Of a DNA stretch of 64,000 nucleotides, positions 1-12,101 are shown piece after piece. The stretch lies in NCBI RefSeq assembly GCF_009914755.1, contig NC_060932.1, one strand, 5' to 3'. Source of the DNA: the human T2T-CHM13v2.0 reference genome, Homo sapiens. A model generated the notes under the pieces. That model ran no database searches, was not told where the DNA came from, and worked only from the letters and a program-made list of their open reading frames with translations. The first letter of the stretch is position 1, and the number at the start of each line of letters is the position of its first letter. The position numbers were made by a program, and so were the translations under genes.

Positions 1-124
1 TGATTTTACCGTTCCCGGAATTTTATTTTCCTTTATCACTTAGACCCCTTCTGTGGGGATTTAATAAATAAACGTCTTTTGTAGTGTATGTTATTTCATT
101 TTATTTTTATAATTTATATGAATT

Positions 125-955
125 TTAATTTTAACTTGACAAATAAAAATTATATATATTTATGGCATACAACATGATGTTTCATACGTGTATACATTGT
201 GGAATGACAAAATCAAGCTAATTAACACACTCGTTTCCTCACATACTGATTTTAATGTGATGAGGACATGTCTAAAATCTACTCTTATAGCAATTTTCAA
301 GTATACAATACATACTTATACACTGTAGATGCCAGGCTGTTCAATAGATCTCTAGAACCATTCCTCTCTGAAATTTTGTATCATGAGACTATCATCTCTC
401 CAGTCCCTCCCTGACCCCTGCCTCGGGTAACCACCGTTCTGCTCTCTACAGCTATGAGTTGCATTGTTTGAGATTGCACATATAAGTGAGATCATGCAGT
501 ATTTGTCTTTTTGTGCTTGCTTTTTAAATCTTTATTATGTAATTATTTATTTTTTGAGACAGGGTCTCAGTCTGTCACCCAGGCTGGAGTACAGTGACAC
601 AAACACGGCTCACTCACCACGGCCTCCACCTCCCGGGGTCGAGAGTTCCTCCCGCTTCAGCCTCCTGAATAGCTAGGACTACAGGCGTCCAACGCCACAC
701 TTGGCTAATTTTTGTGTTTCTTTTAGAGATGGGGTTTCACCATGTTGCCCAGGTTCATCTCCAACTCCTGGGCTCAACGCTTCCACCTGCCTTGGCCTCC
801 CAAAGTACTGGGATTACAGGCATGAGCCACCGTGCCTGGCCTTTGCTTTCTTTCACTCAGTGTACCATCCTCTAGGCTCATTCGTGTTGCCAATGAGATG
901 ATTTCTTTCTTTTTTAAGGCTGAATTGTGTTCTATTGGGTATATGTACCGCTTTT
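125..955 (-). mobile_element. Old L1M (L1MA8/9-like) 3' end fragment, interrupted by AluJ; recurs in all six units
   Basis: 'gacaaataaaaattatatatatttatgg...aatcaagctaattaaca...aaaatctactctt..agcaattttcaagtatacaata' resembles the reverse L1MA 3' UTR. It resumes after the Alu with 'ttcttttttaaggctgaat'. Confidence 0.75.
521..841 (-). mobile_element. AluJ-like element (also ~12711-13031, 24901-25221, 37091-37414, 49284-49607, 61476-61799)
   Basis: T-rich tail, then gagacagggtctc...cccaggctggagt...cctgggctcaa...ctcccaaagtactgggattacaggcatgagccaccgtgcctggcc. The 'acagggtctc' and 'gggctcaa' features are typical of AluJ. Confidence 0.9.
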
Positions 956-960
956 CTTTT

Positions 961-1182
961 TATGTTTAATTTTTTTTGGTTTTTTGAGACAGAGTTTCGC
1001 TCGCGTCGCCCAGGCTGGAGTGCAGTGGCGTGATTTCGAGTCACTACAACCTCTGCCTCCCAGGTTGAAGTGATTCTCCTGCCTCACCTGAGATTAGAGG
1101 CATGTACCGGCATGTCCGGCTAATTTTGTGTTTCTAGTAGAGATGGGGTTTCACCATGTTGGCCAGGCTGGTCTTGAACTCC
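961..1182 (-). mobile_element. Partial AluS-like element, 5'-truncated with a small internal deletion; recurs in all six units
   Basis: tttttgagacagagtttcgctc...gcccaggctggagtgcagtggcg...tagtagagatggggtttcaccatgttggccaggctggtcttgaactcc, then it ends abruptly. Confidence 0.88.
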
Positions 1183-1209
1183 AACAATTCTAATTCAACT
1201 AATTTATTT

Positions 1210-1430
1210 TATAGAAATATTTATGTGTGAGAAACAATATTTTCAAGAGTCAAAGATTTAAAACTGCTTAATTGTACATCACTAAGTGGCTGGCTAATAA
1301 ATTATAGTACGTTCATCCTTACGGAAGAATACTTTGCAGCTAAAACAGAACGAAAGAGAGGAAACTCTTCAAAATGTTAACTGGGAATGACGTTCAAGAC
1401 TTATTGTTAAATAAAACAAATTGAGAAGAA
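1210..1430 (+). mobile_element. Ancient L1ME/L1MC-like fragment; recurs per unit
   Basis: 'ataaattatagtac...gaatactttgcagct...caagacttattgttaaat' resembles the old L1 3' region 'ataaattatggtac...gaatactatgcagct...caagatatattgttaagt'. Highly diverged. Confidence 0.5.
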
Positions 1431-3139
1431 GAGTCGTTTATTGGTACTAAATTTGTGTCAGTAAAAATGGATTCTATACGTGGGATGGTTTATAAGTATG
1501 TGGAAAAATTCTTTGATGGTTTTTCCTTGAAAAAGTGAAACCTAAATCCACTCCGTTTGGATGTGGGCCTATTTACGGTTGTTGCTTCCTAAACATAAAC
1601 TACGTTTAGGCTGATATTTCAGACAATGAAACCTTTGAGTGCCCGTAGCGGGAAGATCTCGGTTGCTGAGTGCAGGGAAGGAGGATGTAATTCCATCATA
1701 TATACTCTCTGTGCCTACCGCATTTGGAACCATGCGAGTGATACGTATTTATAAAATAACATAAACCAAGCACAAGTACGAACTTAGCAACACTATATTG
1801 AGTTAATAGAACGGTATCTTGTATTTCTTCTGTCCAGGTATACTTATAAATGCCTGCAGGGATTTCACCACCTCAGGGTGGAGAGACTGAATGCTTGTGA
1901 GGGAATTAGGATGGTGGAATATTGGTGTTACCAGGGAAGGGGGCGGGATGTTTGAAAATGCTATGTTTACTCGTTCTTGGGTTCCAATAAAGGAGAAACA
2001 GGGCACAGGAGTCGGAAGGACTAGTGGCAATAGTGATGAAAGGACCTCCTTATCATGCTGGCTATGTTAATTACCCAGGTGTAGGAAGCCATACACTGAG
2101 GCGGAAGATCGCAAGTCAGAGTGGCCGGCAGGCACAACCTCCTGGCACACCAGAGGCAGGTCTTCAATACCCACTGGTTTCCCCAACAGGCTGCGTAAGG
2201 GACCCTGAGCCACAGTGAGTTGGTCAAATGCTCCTGACAGTGTGGAGAAACCAACAGGCAAAACGTGGGTGCAAAAGTGATGAGACCCCACACTTTACAC
2301 TCGTGGTGACAATGAAGCTATTAAGTAACAGCTTCTCAACCTATGCTGTTTCCTGTTGGATGCACATAATCCATTTGCACTGCAGACAATTTTAGGATGT
2401 GGTTTACAGTAAGGAGGATGGTACCTTATGGCAAAAATCTCTCAGAAATTTATGTGTGGTTTTAAAGTCATTCCAGTCCTAGCACGTTGTGCTTTTCAGA
2501 GACGCCATAGCTGTTTTTCCCTTTGTAATATCAAAGCAGTAATATCTTCTCTGGAGGCCTGTTGGGTGAATTTAATGGAATCAAGTTAAGTAGGTGCCAG
2601 AACCGTTGCTGTTTTCCCTCCATAGCCCTGCCACCCACTGTAAAAAGGTTGATGAGATTACTTAATGATTTCCAATTAAGTTGTATTTCCAAATATCATG
2701 ATTTCCATTTTAATGTAGTTGGTATGGAGCTCTGTGAGTGTGTGCTTCTTTTATTATGGATCACGTTCAGCTTCTTTTTATTTGCCTCCTAGTCATAATA
2801 GTAAAACTCTACTCCTCTACTCCGAGGAGTCCCTACCACCCATCTCATCACTTTCCAGCCCAGCACTCTTCATGCTCATTCATTTAAAGCATTCAACATT
2901 GTGTAAATGAATCTTGGAAGGCAAAAGCTACTGAATTTAGCGAATTTGTGGAGGCATTGCCACAAATCAGCCAGGTGAAGTTTCACACAATCGAAGACTG
3001 CACAACTCCTAGAAGGCAGCACTATGCTGCAAACCCAGACGGCCACTCTTCTCACCCCTCGTCCGTTTGCTGTTCTGGATAATGAGGTTCAAAAGTCACC
3101 TAGGCAACTGCCAAAATAGCTGAAATGGAGAAAGGGCTT

Positions 3140-3622
3140 CAGGCTGGTGACTAGCAGAGGTCCACCTGACCCCCGTAAGCTGCTGAACAAGTAGGGCTGC
3201 CAGAAATGTCCCACTAGGGAATTTGGTAGAGACGAAGACATGCTCACCGGACAAGGGTTCCTCCCAGGATACGCCCGAGCGGAAGAAGCGGGCTCTGAGC
3301 CACGCCCTTTCACCCTCCTCTACCCCGCCCTGGGCTGGTGAAGGTGCGCGCCAGGATGTGGACTACTGAGCCCTGAAGAAATAAGTCCTTCCACTTTGAC
3401 CCCATGGAGGATTGCCTGTGAGGAACTTAAACGAGTCTACCAGTGTCTAGACACGGGGGCAGGTCTGTCCGGCACAGCAGCTCCCTCAAGGAGGAGAAGA
3501 GTGAGGAGAAAGGAAACTCAAGTCTCACCATTCTGTCCTGGGAGAGAAGAGGAGGATCTCATCTCTCATCTGTCCAAACAAGGCAAGGAGACTTTCTCTC
3601 ATCTTTCCAAGCAAGGCAAGGA
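3140..3622 (+). pseudogene. Decayed upstream fragment of the REXO1 retrocopy, copy 1
   Basis: Conceptual translation across stops and frameshifts gives PLGNLVETKTCSPDKGSSQDTPERKKRALSHA (3211-3306), QDVDY*ALKK*V, DPMEDCL (3398), NESTSV*T (3430), KEEKSEEKG (3488) and ISHLSKQG. These match my recollection of REXO1 (GKLVERK...SQDAPKLKKRALSHA, DVDYSALEKEV, DPMEECL, NESTSVKT, KEEKSEEKG, ISHLSKQG). The left boundary is approximate. Confidence 0.85.
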
Positions 3623-3628
3623 GACTTT
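3563..3628 (+). repeat. 2 x 33-bp tandem duplication at the REXO1-remnant/HSMAR2 junction
   Basis: ctctcatct[g/t]tccaa[a/g]caaggcaaggagacttt at 3563 and 3596. Confidence 0.9.
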
Positions 3629-4510
3629 TTATCATTAGGAAACAAAAAGAATTTAGAAGGAATGAAAGCAGCCCGTAAGGTGAATTCCTAAGGACTGCCC
3701 ATTGAAACTGACAAAATTGCCCTTGTTTGATGAGAGGAATGAGCAGAGCATTGATGTGGTGAACAAGGATCTAGTGAGACTTTCCCAGCATGTTTCTACC
3801 AAAGCTTTATCTAAGCTTCTCAGAACACTCTCCTAATAAGCAGATGTTTGGCCTTTCAGAAAGTCAACAAGCAAAATGCCTTGAGTGTCCCAAAACACTG
3901 ATGCCATGATGTGGGCTCCTGACTGGCCTCCTTTTCCTTTGACTGGACCACTGCCACCTCTTGGTAGCCATCGCTTTCATGATGCTTTGCCTTGGAGATC
4001 ATATTGGTGAAGCCATGTTCCAACTTCCGCTTACAATTTGTCAGAGGGATGCGTCAGGATCGTGATCCCTCCTGTTTAAAATTTCCACTGATAGCTCTCG
4101 TCGTAACTGCAGCTGATCTGGGCACAGTGGTTTTCACAGCCACTGCAGGATTCATCTTCCACATCTTCTCACCTCTTCTTGAAACAAGCTATACATTCGT
4201 AAAGAGTTCATTTCTTTGGGGTAGTGTCCTTACAAGCTTTTCTTAAAACGTCAATGATTTCTTCAATCTTCCACCCAAGCTTCACCATAAATTTGATGTT
4301 TCCTCTTGCTGCAATTTTCGTGGAATTCATGTTGCTCTGATGGGAGTCCTTTTCAGTGGATGTCTCATCCTTCTTAGTGCCTCAAACTAGATCTAGTTCA
4401 GAAAGGTTATCAGAAGTTAGGACAAGTTTATTTTAGTGCAAACCAGTGGAAATCCATGCATAGTTTCTTCACCACGTGCATTTTCTATGAACCTTTGGAA
4501 GACCACCTGT
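3625..4510 (-). mobile_element. HSMAR2 mariner DNA transposon remnant (5' TIR-like end present, internal deletion near 4135, 3' end missing), copy 1
   Basis: The reverse strand matches recalled HSMAR2 segments: 5' end GGTCTTCCAAAGGTTCATAGAAAATGC, ACTATGCATGGATTTC, ATCAAATTTATGGTGAAGCTTGGGTGGAAG, TGGCTACCAAGAGGTGGCAGTGGTCCAGTCAAAG and GCTCATTCCTCTCATCAAACAAGGGCAATTTTG. Confidence 0.85.
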
Positions 4511-4830
4511 GTTGAACATTGCCCAAGTCCTGGGAGAGAAGTGGGTGCGGTCCGCTTCCTGTCCTCAATTTGCCCGCAGCGGCGGAGTGCACAGAGCAGG
4601 GAAAGGCAGCCCCAGAGGGATCCCGCCCTCCAGCATGCAGCAGACTGCTGGCCCAGTCCTGGCTCCAAGGGGTGCTGTGTGGGCCCAAGCAAGTTGACCA
4701 ACCTCCCTGAACCTTAATTTAATCCTAGGTAGCCCAATTCCAGTAGCCATTATAGGACTGCCCTGCAGGGACAGTTACTTAACTCAGGAAAAGCAACCTA
4801 GCTCCAAGTTTAGCAACCGGGAGTTCCAGT

Positions 4831-4991
4831 TGATTCCATTAGCGCACCCCCTGAGGCATTCCCAAGCTGGAGTCTGGTGGAAGATGAGGCTCAGTGTGAT
4901 TGGACTGAAGCACCAACCTATCAAGGAGAAGTCCCACCCAGTCTGCCCTGTGCCTATATAAAGGCGACAAGTGGCGGCCGCAGCACTCATT
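4831..4991 (+). promoter_or_regulatory. Putative core promoter: TATA box, inverted CCAAT, DUX4-like site (also +12190, +24380, +36573, +48765)
   Basis: TATATAAAGG at 4955-4964, ATTGG at 4899-4903, Inr-like CACTCATT ~30 nt downstream of the TATA, and TGATTCCATTA at 4831-4841. The first ATG is ~60 nt further on, with A at -3. Confidence 0.7.
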
Positions 4992-4992
4992 G

Positions 4993-5406
4993 AAGCCGCC
5001 AGTTGGGAGAGGAGCAGAGCCAGGCCGGTGCTCCCGAAGGCAGCAAGATGTTGCGAGCCACAGCTCCCTGCTGGTTCCCCCCTGGATACCCAGAAGCTAA
5101 GAAGGTGGCCGAGGAGGCGGCCCTGGAGGCAAGCCGCCATTTGGGAGGGGAGCAGAGCCAGGCCGGTGCTCCCGAAGGCAGCAAGATGTTGCGAGCCACA
5201 GCTCCCTGCTGGTTCCGCCCTGGATACCCAGAAGCTAAGAAGGTGGCCGAGGAGGCGGCCCCGGAGGCAAGCCGCCATTTGGGAGCGGAGCAGAGCCCGG
5301 CCGGTGCTCCCGAAGGCAGCAAGATGTTGCGAGCCACAGCTCCCTGCTGGTTCCCACCTGGATACCCAGAAGCTAAGAAGGTGGCCGAGGAGGCGGCCCT
5401 CGAGGC
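4993..5406 (+). repeat. 3 x 138-bp (46-aa) in-frame tandem repeat at the 5' end of the gene; recurs per unit
   Basis: Units start with 'aagccgcca' at 4993, 5131 and 5269. ATGs are at 5048, 5186 and 5324. Peptide [25 protein letters not shown] occurs three times. Confidence 0.97.
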
Positions 5407-7075
5407 TCCAGAATTCCCACTGCCCTCTCATCAGCCTGCCCAGAGCTTCGGGCTCTGGGTGCCCCAGATGCACAAGCAGGCCTCAGCATTTGTGGACATC
5501 CAGGCGGAGCCCCAGAACAGGGGTCCGGCGGTGCCCCCAGCGTGGCCCAAGATGGTGACGGAGTCGTGCTACTTCCCTGCGCAGAGGGGATCGGCCTGCC
5601 GCTTGCCAGCCGCCCCAAGGCTGACAGAGAGGCCCTCGGGAGTCCGCATCTCAGCCCCCAGGAAGAGGAAGACGATCGCCCACTCTTCCAGCCCTTGCTT
5701 GGTCACAGGTTACACAGATGCCAAGAGAACCCGGGTGGCCAGCAGCAGCCAACGCTCCCGTGGCTCCAAGGTCGGCAGACAGCCAGGGAAGACGCGCAAC
5801 AGGTCAGGGATGGCATGCAAGACCACCGCCACCACCAGCTCTAAGCGAATCGTCCGTCGTGCATCCTTACCGAGTTTGAGTTTGAAGAAACCCATTATCC
5901 TCCGAAGCTCTGGGTGCCAAGTCCCCACCGTCCTCCGCCGAGGCTATCTCCAACTGTTCACCGAAGAGTGTCTCAAGTTCTGCGCCTCCAAGCAGGAGGC
6001 CGAGGAGAAGGCGCTGAACGAGGAGAAGGTGGCCTACGACTGCAGCCCCAACAAGAACAGGTACCTGAACGTGGTCCTGAACACCCTCAAGAGACTGAAG
6101 GGCCTGACCCCCAGCTCCATGCCCGGCCTCAGCAGGGCCGCCCTGTACAGCCGCCTCCAGGAGTTCCTGCTCACCCAGGACCAGCTCAAGGAGAACGGCT
6201 ACCCCTTCCCGCACCCCGAGCGGCCCGGAGGCGCCGTCCTCTTCACTGGCCAGGGGAAGGGGCCCGGCGACTCCTCCTGCAGGGTCTGCTGCCGTTGTGG
6301 CACCGAGTACCTGGTGTCCTCCTCGGGCCGCTGTGTACGCGACCAGTTGTGTTATTATCACTGGGGGCGGGTCCGCTCGAGCCAGGTGGCTGGAGGCCGG
6401 GTTAGCCAGTACACCTGCTGTGCAGCTGCTCCTGGCTCTGTGGGCTGCCAGGTGGCAAAGCAGCACGTGCGGGACGGCCGCAAGGAGAGCCTCGATGGCT
6501 TCGTGGAGACCTTCAAGAAAGAGTTGTCCAGAGACGCTTATCCAGGAATCTACGCCTTGGACTGTGAGATGTGCTACACCACGCATGGCCTAGAGCTGAC
6601 CCGCGTCACCGTGGTGGACGCCGACATGCGAGTGGTGTACGACACCTTCGTCAAGCCCGACAACGAGATCGTGGACTACAACACCAGGTTTTCCGGAGTC
6701 ACCGAGGCCGACGTCGCCAAGACGAGCATCACGTTGCCCCAAGTCCAAGCCATCCTGCTGAGCTTTTTCAGCGCCCAAACCATCCTCATCGGGCACAGCC
6801 TGGAGAGCGACCTGCTGGCCCTGAAGCTCATCCACAGCACCGTGGTGGACACGGCCGTGCTCTTCCCGCACTACCTGGGTTTCCCCTACAAGCGCTCCCT
6901 CAGGAATCTCGCGGCCGACTACCTGGCACAGATCATCCAGGACAGCCAGGACGGCCACAACTCCAGCGAGGACGCAAACGCCTGCCTGCAGCTGGTGATG
7001 TGGAAGGTCCGACAGCGCGCCCAGATCCAGCCACGCCACCGGTCCGCCTCTCCCGCCGCCCTGGCCTGTCCTTAG
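5048..7075 (+). CDS. REXO1L1: REXO1-like retrogene (exonuclease GOR), 675 aa, DEDDh 3'-5' exonuclease; copy 1
   Basis: Intronless ORF from the first ATG at 5048 (the track's 5003 start is TTG) to TAG at 7073-7075. Motifs: ExoI YALDCEM (D505/E507), Exo[10 protein letters not shown] (D588), ExoIII GHNSSED (H637/D642). A Cys/His-rich REXO1-type region (CCRCG...CYYHWG...TCC) precedes it. Family members are often annotated as pseudogenes (REXO1LxP), and the exact paralog number cannot be assigned here. Confidence 0.9.
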   Translation: MLRATAPCWFPPGYPEAKKVAEEAALEASRHLGGEQSQAGAPEGSKMLRATAPCWFRPGYPEAKKVAEEAAPEASRHLGAEQSPAGAPEGSKMLRATAPCWFPPGYPEAKKVAEEAALEAPEFPLPSHQPAQSFGLWVPQMHKQASAFVDIQAEPQNRGPAVPPAWPKMVTESCYFPAQRGSACRLPAAPRLTERPSGVRISAPRKRKTIAHSSSPCLVTGYTDAKRTRVASSSQRSRGSKVGRQPGKTRNRSGMACKTTATTSSKRIVRRASLPSLSLKKPIILRSSGCQVPTVLRRGYLQLFTEECLKFCASKQEAEEKALNEEKVAYDCSPNKNRYLNVVLNTLKRLKGLTPSSMPGLSRAALYSRLQEFLLTQDQLKENGYPFPHPERPGGAVLFTGQGKGPGDSSCRVCCRCGTEYLVSSSGRCVRDQLCYYHWGRVRSSQVAGGRVSQYTCCAAAPGSVGCQVAKQHVRDGRKESLDGFVETFKKELSRDAYPGIYALDCEMCYTTHGLELTRVTVVDADMRVVYDTFVKPDNEIVDYNTRFSGVTEADVAKTSITLPQVQAILLSFFSAQTILIGHSLESDLLALKLIHSTVVDTAVLFPHYLGFPYKRSLRNLAADYLAQIIQDSQDGHNSSEDANACLQLVMWKVRQRAQIQPRHRSASPAALACP

Positions 7076-7201
7076 CCCCAGGCCTCTTCCAAAACCGCCA
7101 TCAGTCCCGAGAGCTCACCCTGCCCACCTCGCCGCAAAGCGAAAGAAACTGGAGCAGCCGGCGGCAGGAGAGGGCAAAAAGCCAAGAGTAACCCCAACCC
7201 C

Positions 7202-7400
7202 CCACTCCCGGTCCCCCGGAATCCCTGCCGCGGCCCCTCGGGCCTGTCCACATCCCTCTGCCCCTCCCAGACCTCTGTCCTTCCACCAATCGCCTCCCGC
7301 AGCCCCGAGCCGCCACTCCCAGTCCCCCGAGTCCCTGCCGCGCGCCCTCGCGCCTGTCCACATCCCTCTGCCCATCCGAGACCTCTGTCCTTACACCACT
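7202..7400 (+). repeat. 2 x ~111-bp diverged C-rich tandem duplication downstream of the stop
   Basis: ccactccc[g/a]gtccccc...gcctgtccacatccctctgccc...agacctctgtcctt begins at 7202 and again at 7313. Confidence 0.85.
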
Positions 7401-7526
7401 AGCCACCCCACGTGGGACTTCCATGGCTTCTGAGTACAAGGCCAGCCCCCCGGCCCACCAGCTTTCGGAATGCCTGCTTACCTCTTTTTCTGTAGAGGCA
7501 CCACAGGGAGGTGGGTGAAGCACTTC

Positions 7527-7639
7527 GGCTCTGGAGTTACAGATCTGGGTTCAAGGCCAAATTCCACCACTTACTAGGTTTGTAATATTGGACAGATAAC
7601 GTCTTTGCGCTTCTACCTTTTGGTCTTTAAAGTGTGATC
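7527..7639 (+). mobile_element. MIR, left half (split by the L1PA; right half at ~11323-11410)
   Basis: ggctctggagttacagatctgggttcaa...ccacttactag matches the MIR 5' part. The right half '...cacatagtaggtgttcaattaatgttaactat' matches the MIR 3' part. Confidence 0.75.
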
Positions 7640-11311
<3,672 letters not shown>

Positions 11312-11544
11312 AAAGTGTGATCCTAATGTCATGGTGCGGACTGAATGAAGCAGCACATGGCAAGCCTTAAAACGATCGCACATAGTAGGTGTTCAATTAA
11401 TGTTAACTATATTTCTTTTCTATAATAGTTTATAAAGGGAATTCATGAACACTATGTGATTAATCCTTGGAACAACCCAACAGGTAGGTAAATAAAGCCT
11501 AATTTTATACCTAAAGAAACCATGCGGCTTAACTTGCCCAAAAT

Positions 11545-11760
11545 AATAATGATTGTAATGAGCACTGGCTGTTGGTTTCTTATGTACTTGGTACTTTGCA
11601 CGTATTAACCCAGTCAGTCCTCCTAACAGTTGTGAGAGAGATAGCATTCTTATCCCCATTTTACAGATGAGGAACCTGAAGCCCAGGTGATAAGTAGTTT
11701 ATCCAAGGTATCATAGCTAGAAGTCGGGTGCAGGCAGTCTGGCTCCAGAGCCCCTGCTCT
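11545..11760 (-). mobile_element. MIR element; recurs per unit
   Basis: Core 'tatccccattttacagatgaggaacctgaagccc' and end 'gcagtctggctccagagccc'. Confidence 0.85.
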
Positions 11761-11979
11761 GTCCGCTGACCTAGCTGACTTCCCAAGAGTCAAAGTGGAT
11801 TCTTCCCCAAGACCAACCAATTACAATGACTGAATCAGTCAGTCAACTTCGAACTGGGCTCCAAGAGAGAACGAACCATCATGCCTCTCTAAATCCTCAT
11901 TTCTAGTTTGAATCTTCAAGGAGAGATAGACACTAAGTAGCTAGTTTTGCTGGAATGGCTGATTTTATCAATGTTTTCG

Positions 11980-12101
11980 GTGTGTGAGTGTGTGTGTGTG
12001 TATATGTATAGAACTAAATTAAACTGATAATTTGAATGCTTACACTTCCATTAGTTCAATTTGTGTATGTGAGCCCTCACACACATACATACACACACAC
12101 A
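11980..12101. repeat. Short imperfect (TG)n and (CA)n microsatellites; recur per unit
   Basis: gtgtgtgagtgtgtgtgtgtgt at ~11980-12001 and cacacacatacatacacacacaca at ~12078-12101. Confidence 0.8.

Larger units (their letters stand above)
4960..7400. other. CpG-island-like GC-rich domain over the retrogene; recurs per unit
   Basis: Visibly high GC and CpG density. NotI site GCGGCCGC at 4974-4981. Not computed formally. Confidence 0.7.

Noticed and set aside
464-1044. Short ORFs of 63-70 aa
   Set aside because: Alu- and L1M-derived translations with non-ATG starts.
1500-1600. Possible MLT1-type LTR fragment
   Set aside because: Only a weak resemblance by eye; cannot be supported without a Dfam search.
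5003-5047. 690-aa version of the ORF in the track
   Set aside because: It starts at TTG. The first ATG in good context is at 5048, giving 675 aa.
4993-5406. Regularly spaced repeats as a CRISPR-like array
   Set aside because: Whole 138-bp units are repeated with no unique spacers, in a eukaryotic coding context.
4784-5558. 229-aa (-) and 195-aa (+) repetitive ORFs
   Set aside because: Alternative frames of the stop-poor 138-bp repeat; the + one starts at GTG. No independent support.
5867-6586. 239-aa antisense ORF, plus other overlapping ORFs (149, 163, 206 aa) across the gene
   Set aside because: Expected shadow ORFs of a GC3-rich coding sequence; no recognisable domains.
11980-12101. Facing TG and CA tracts as a functional hairpin
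   Set aside because: Low-complexity complementarity with poor pairing in between; likely incidental.
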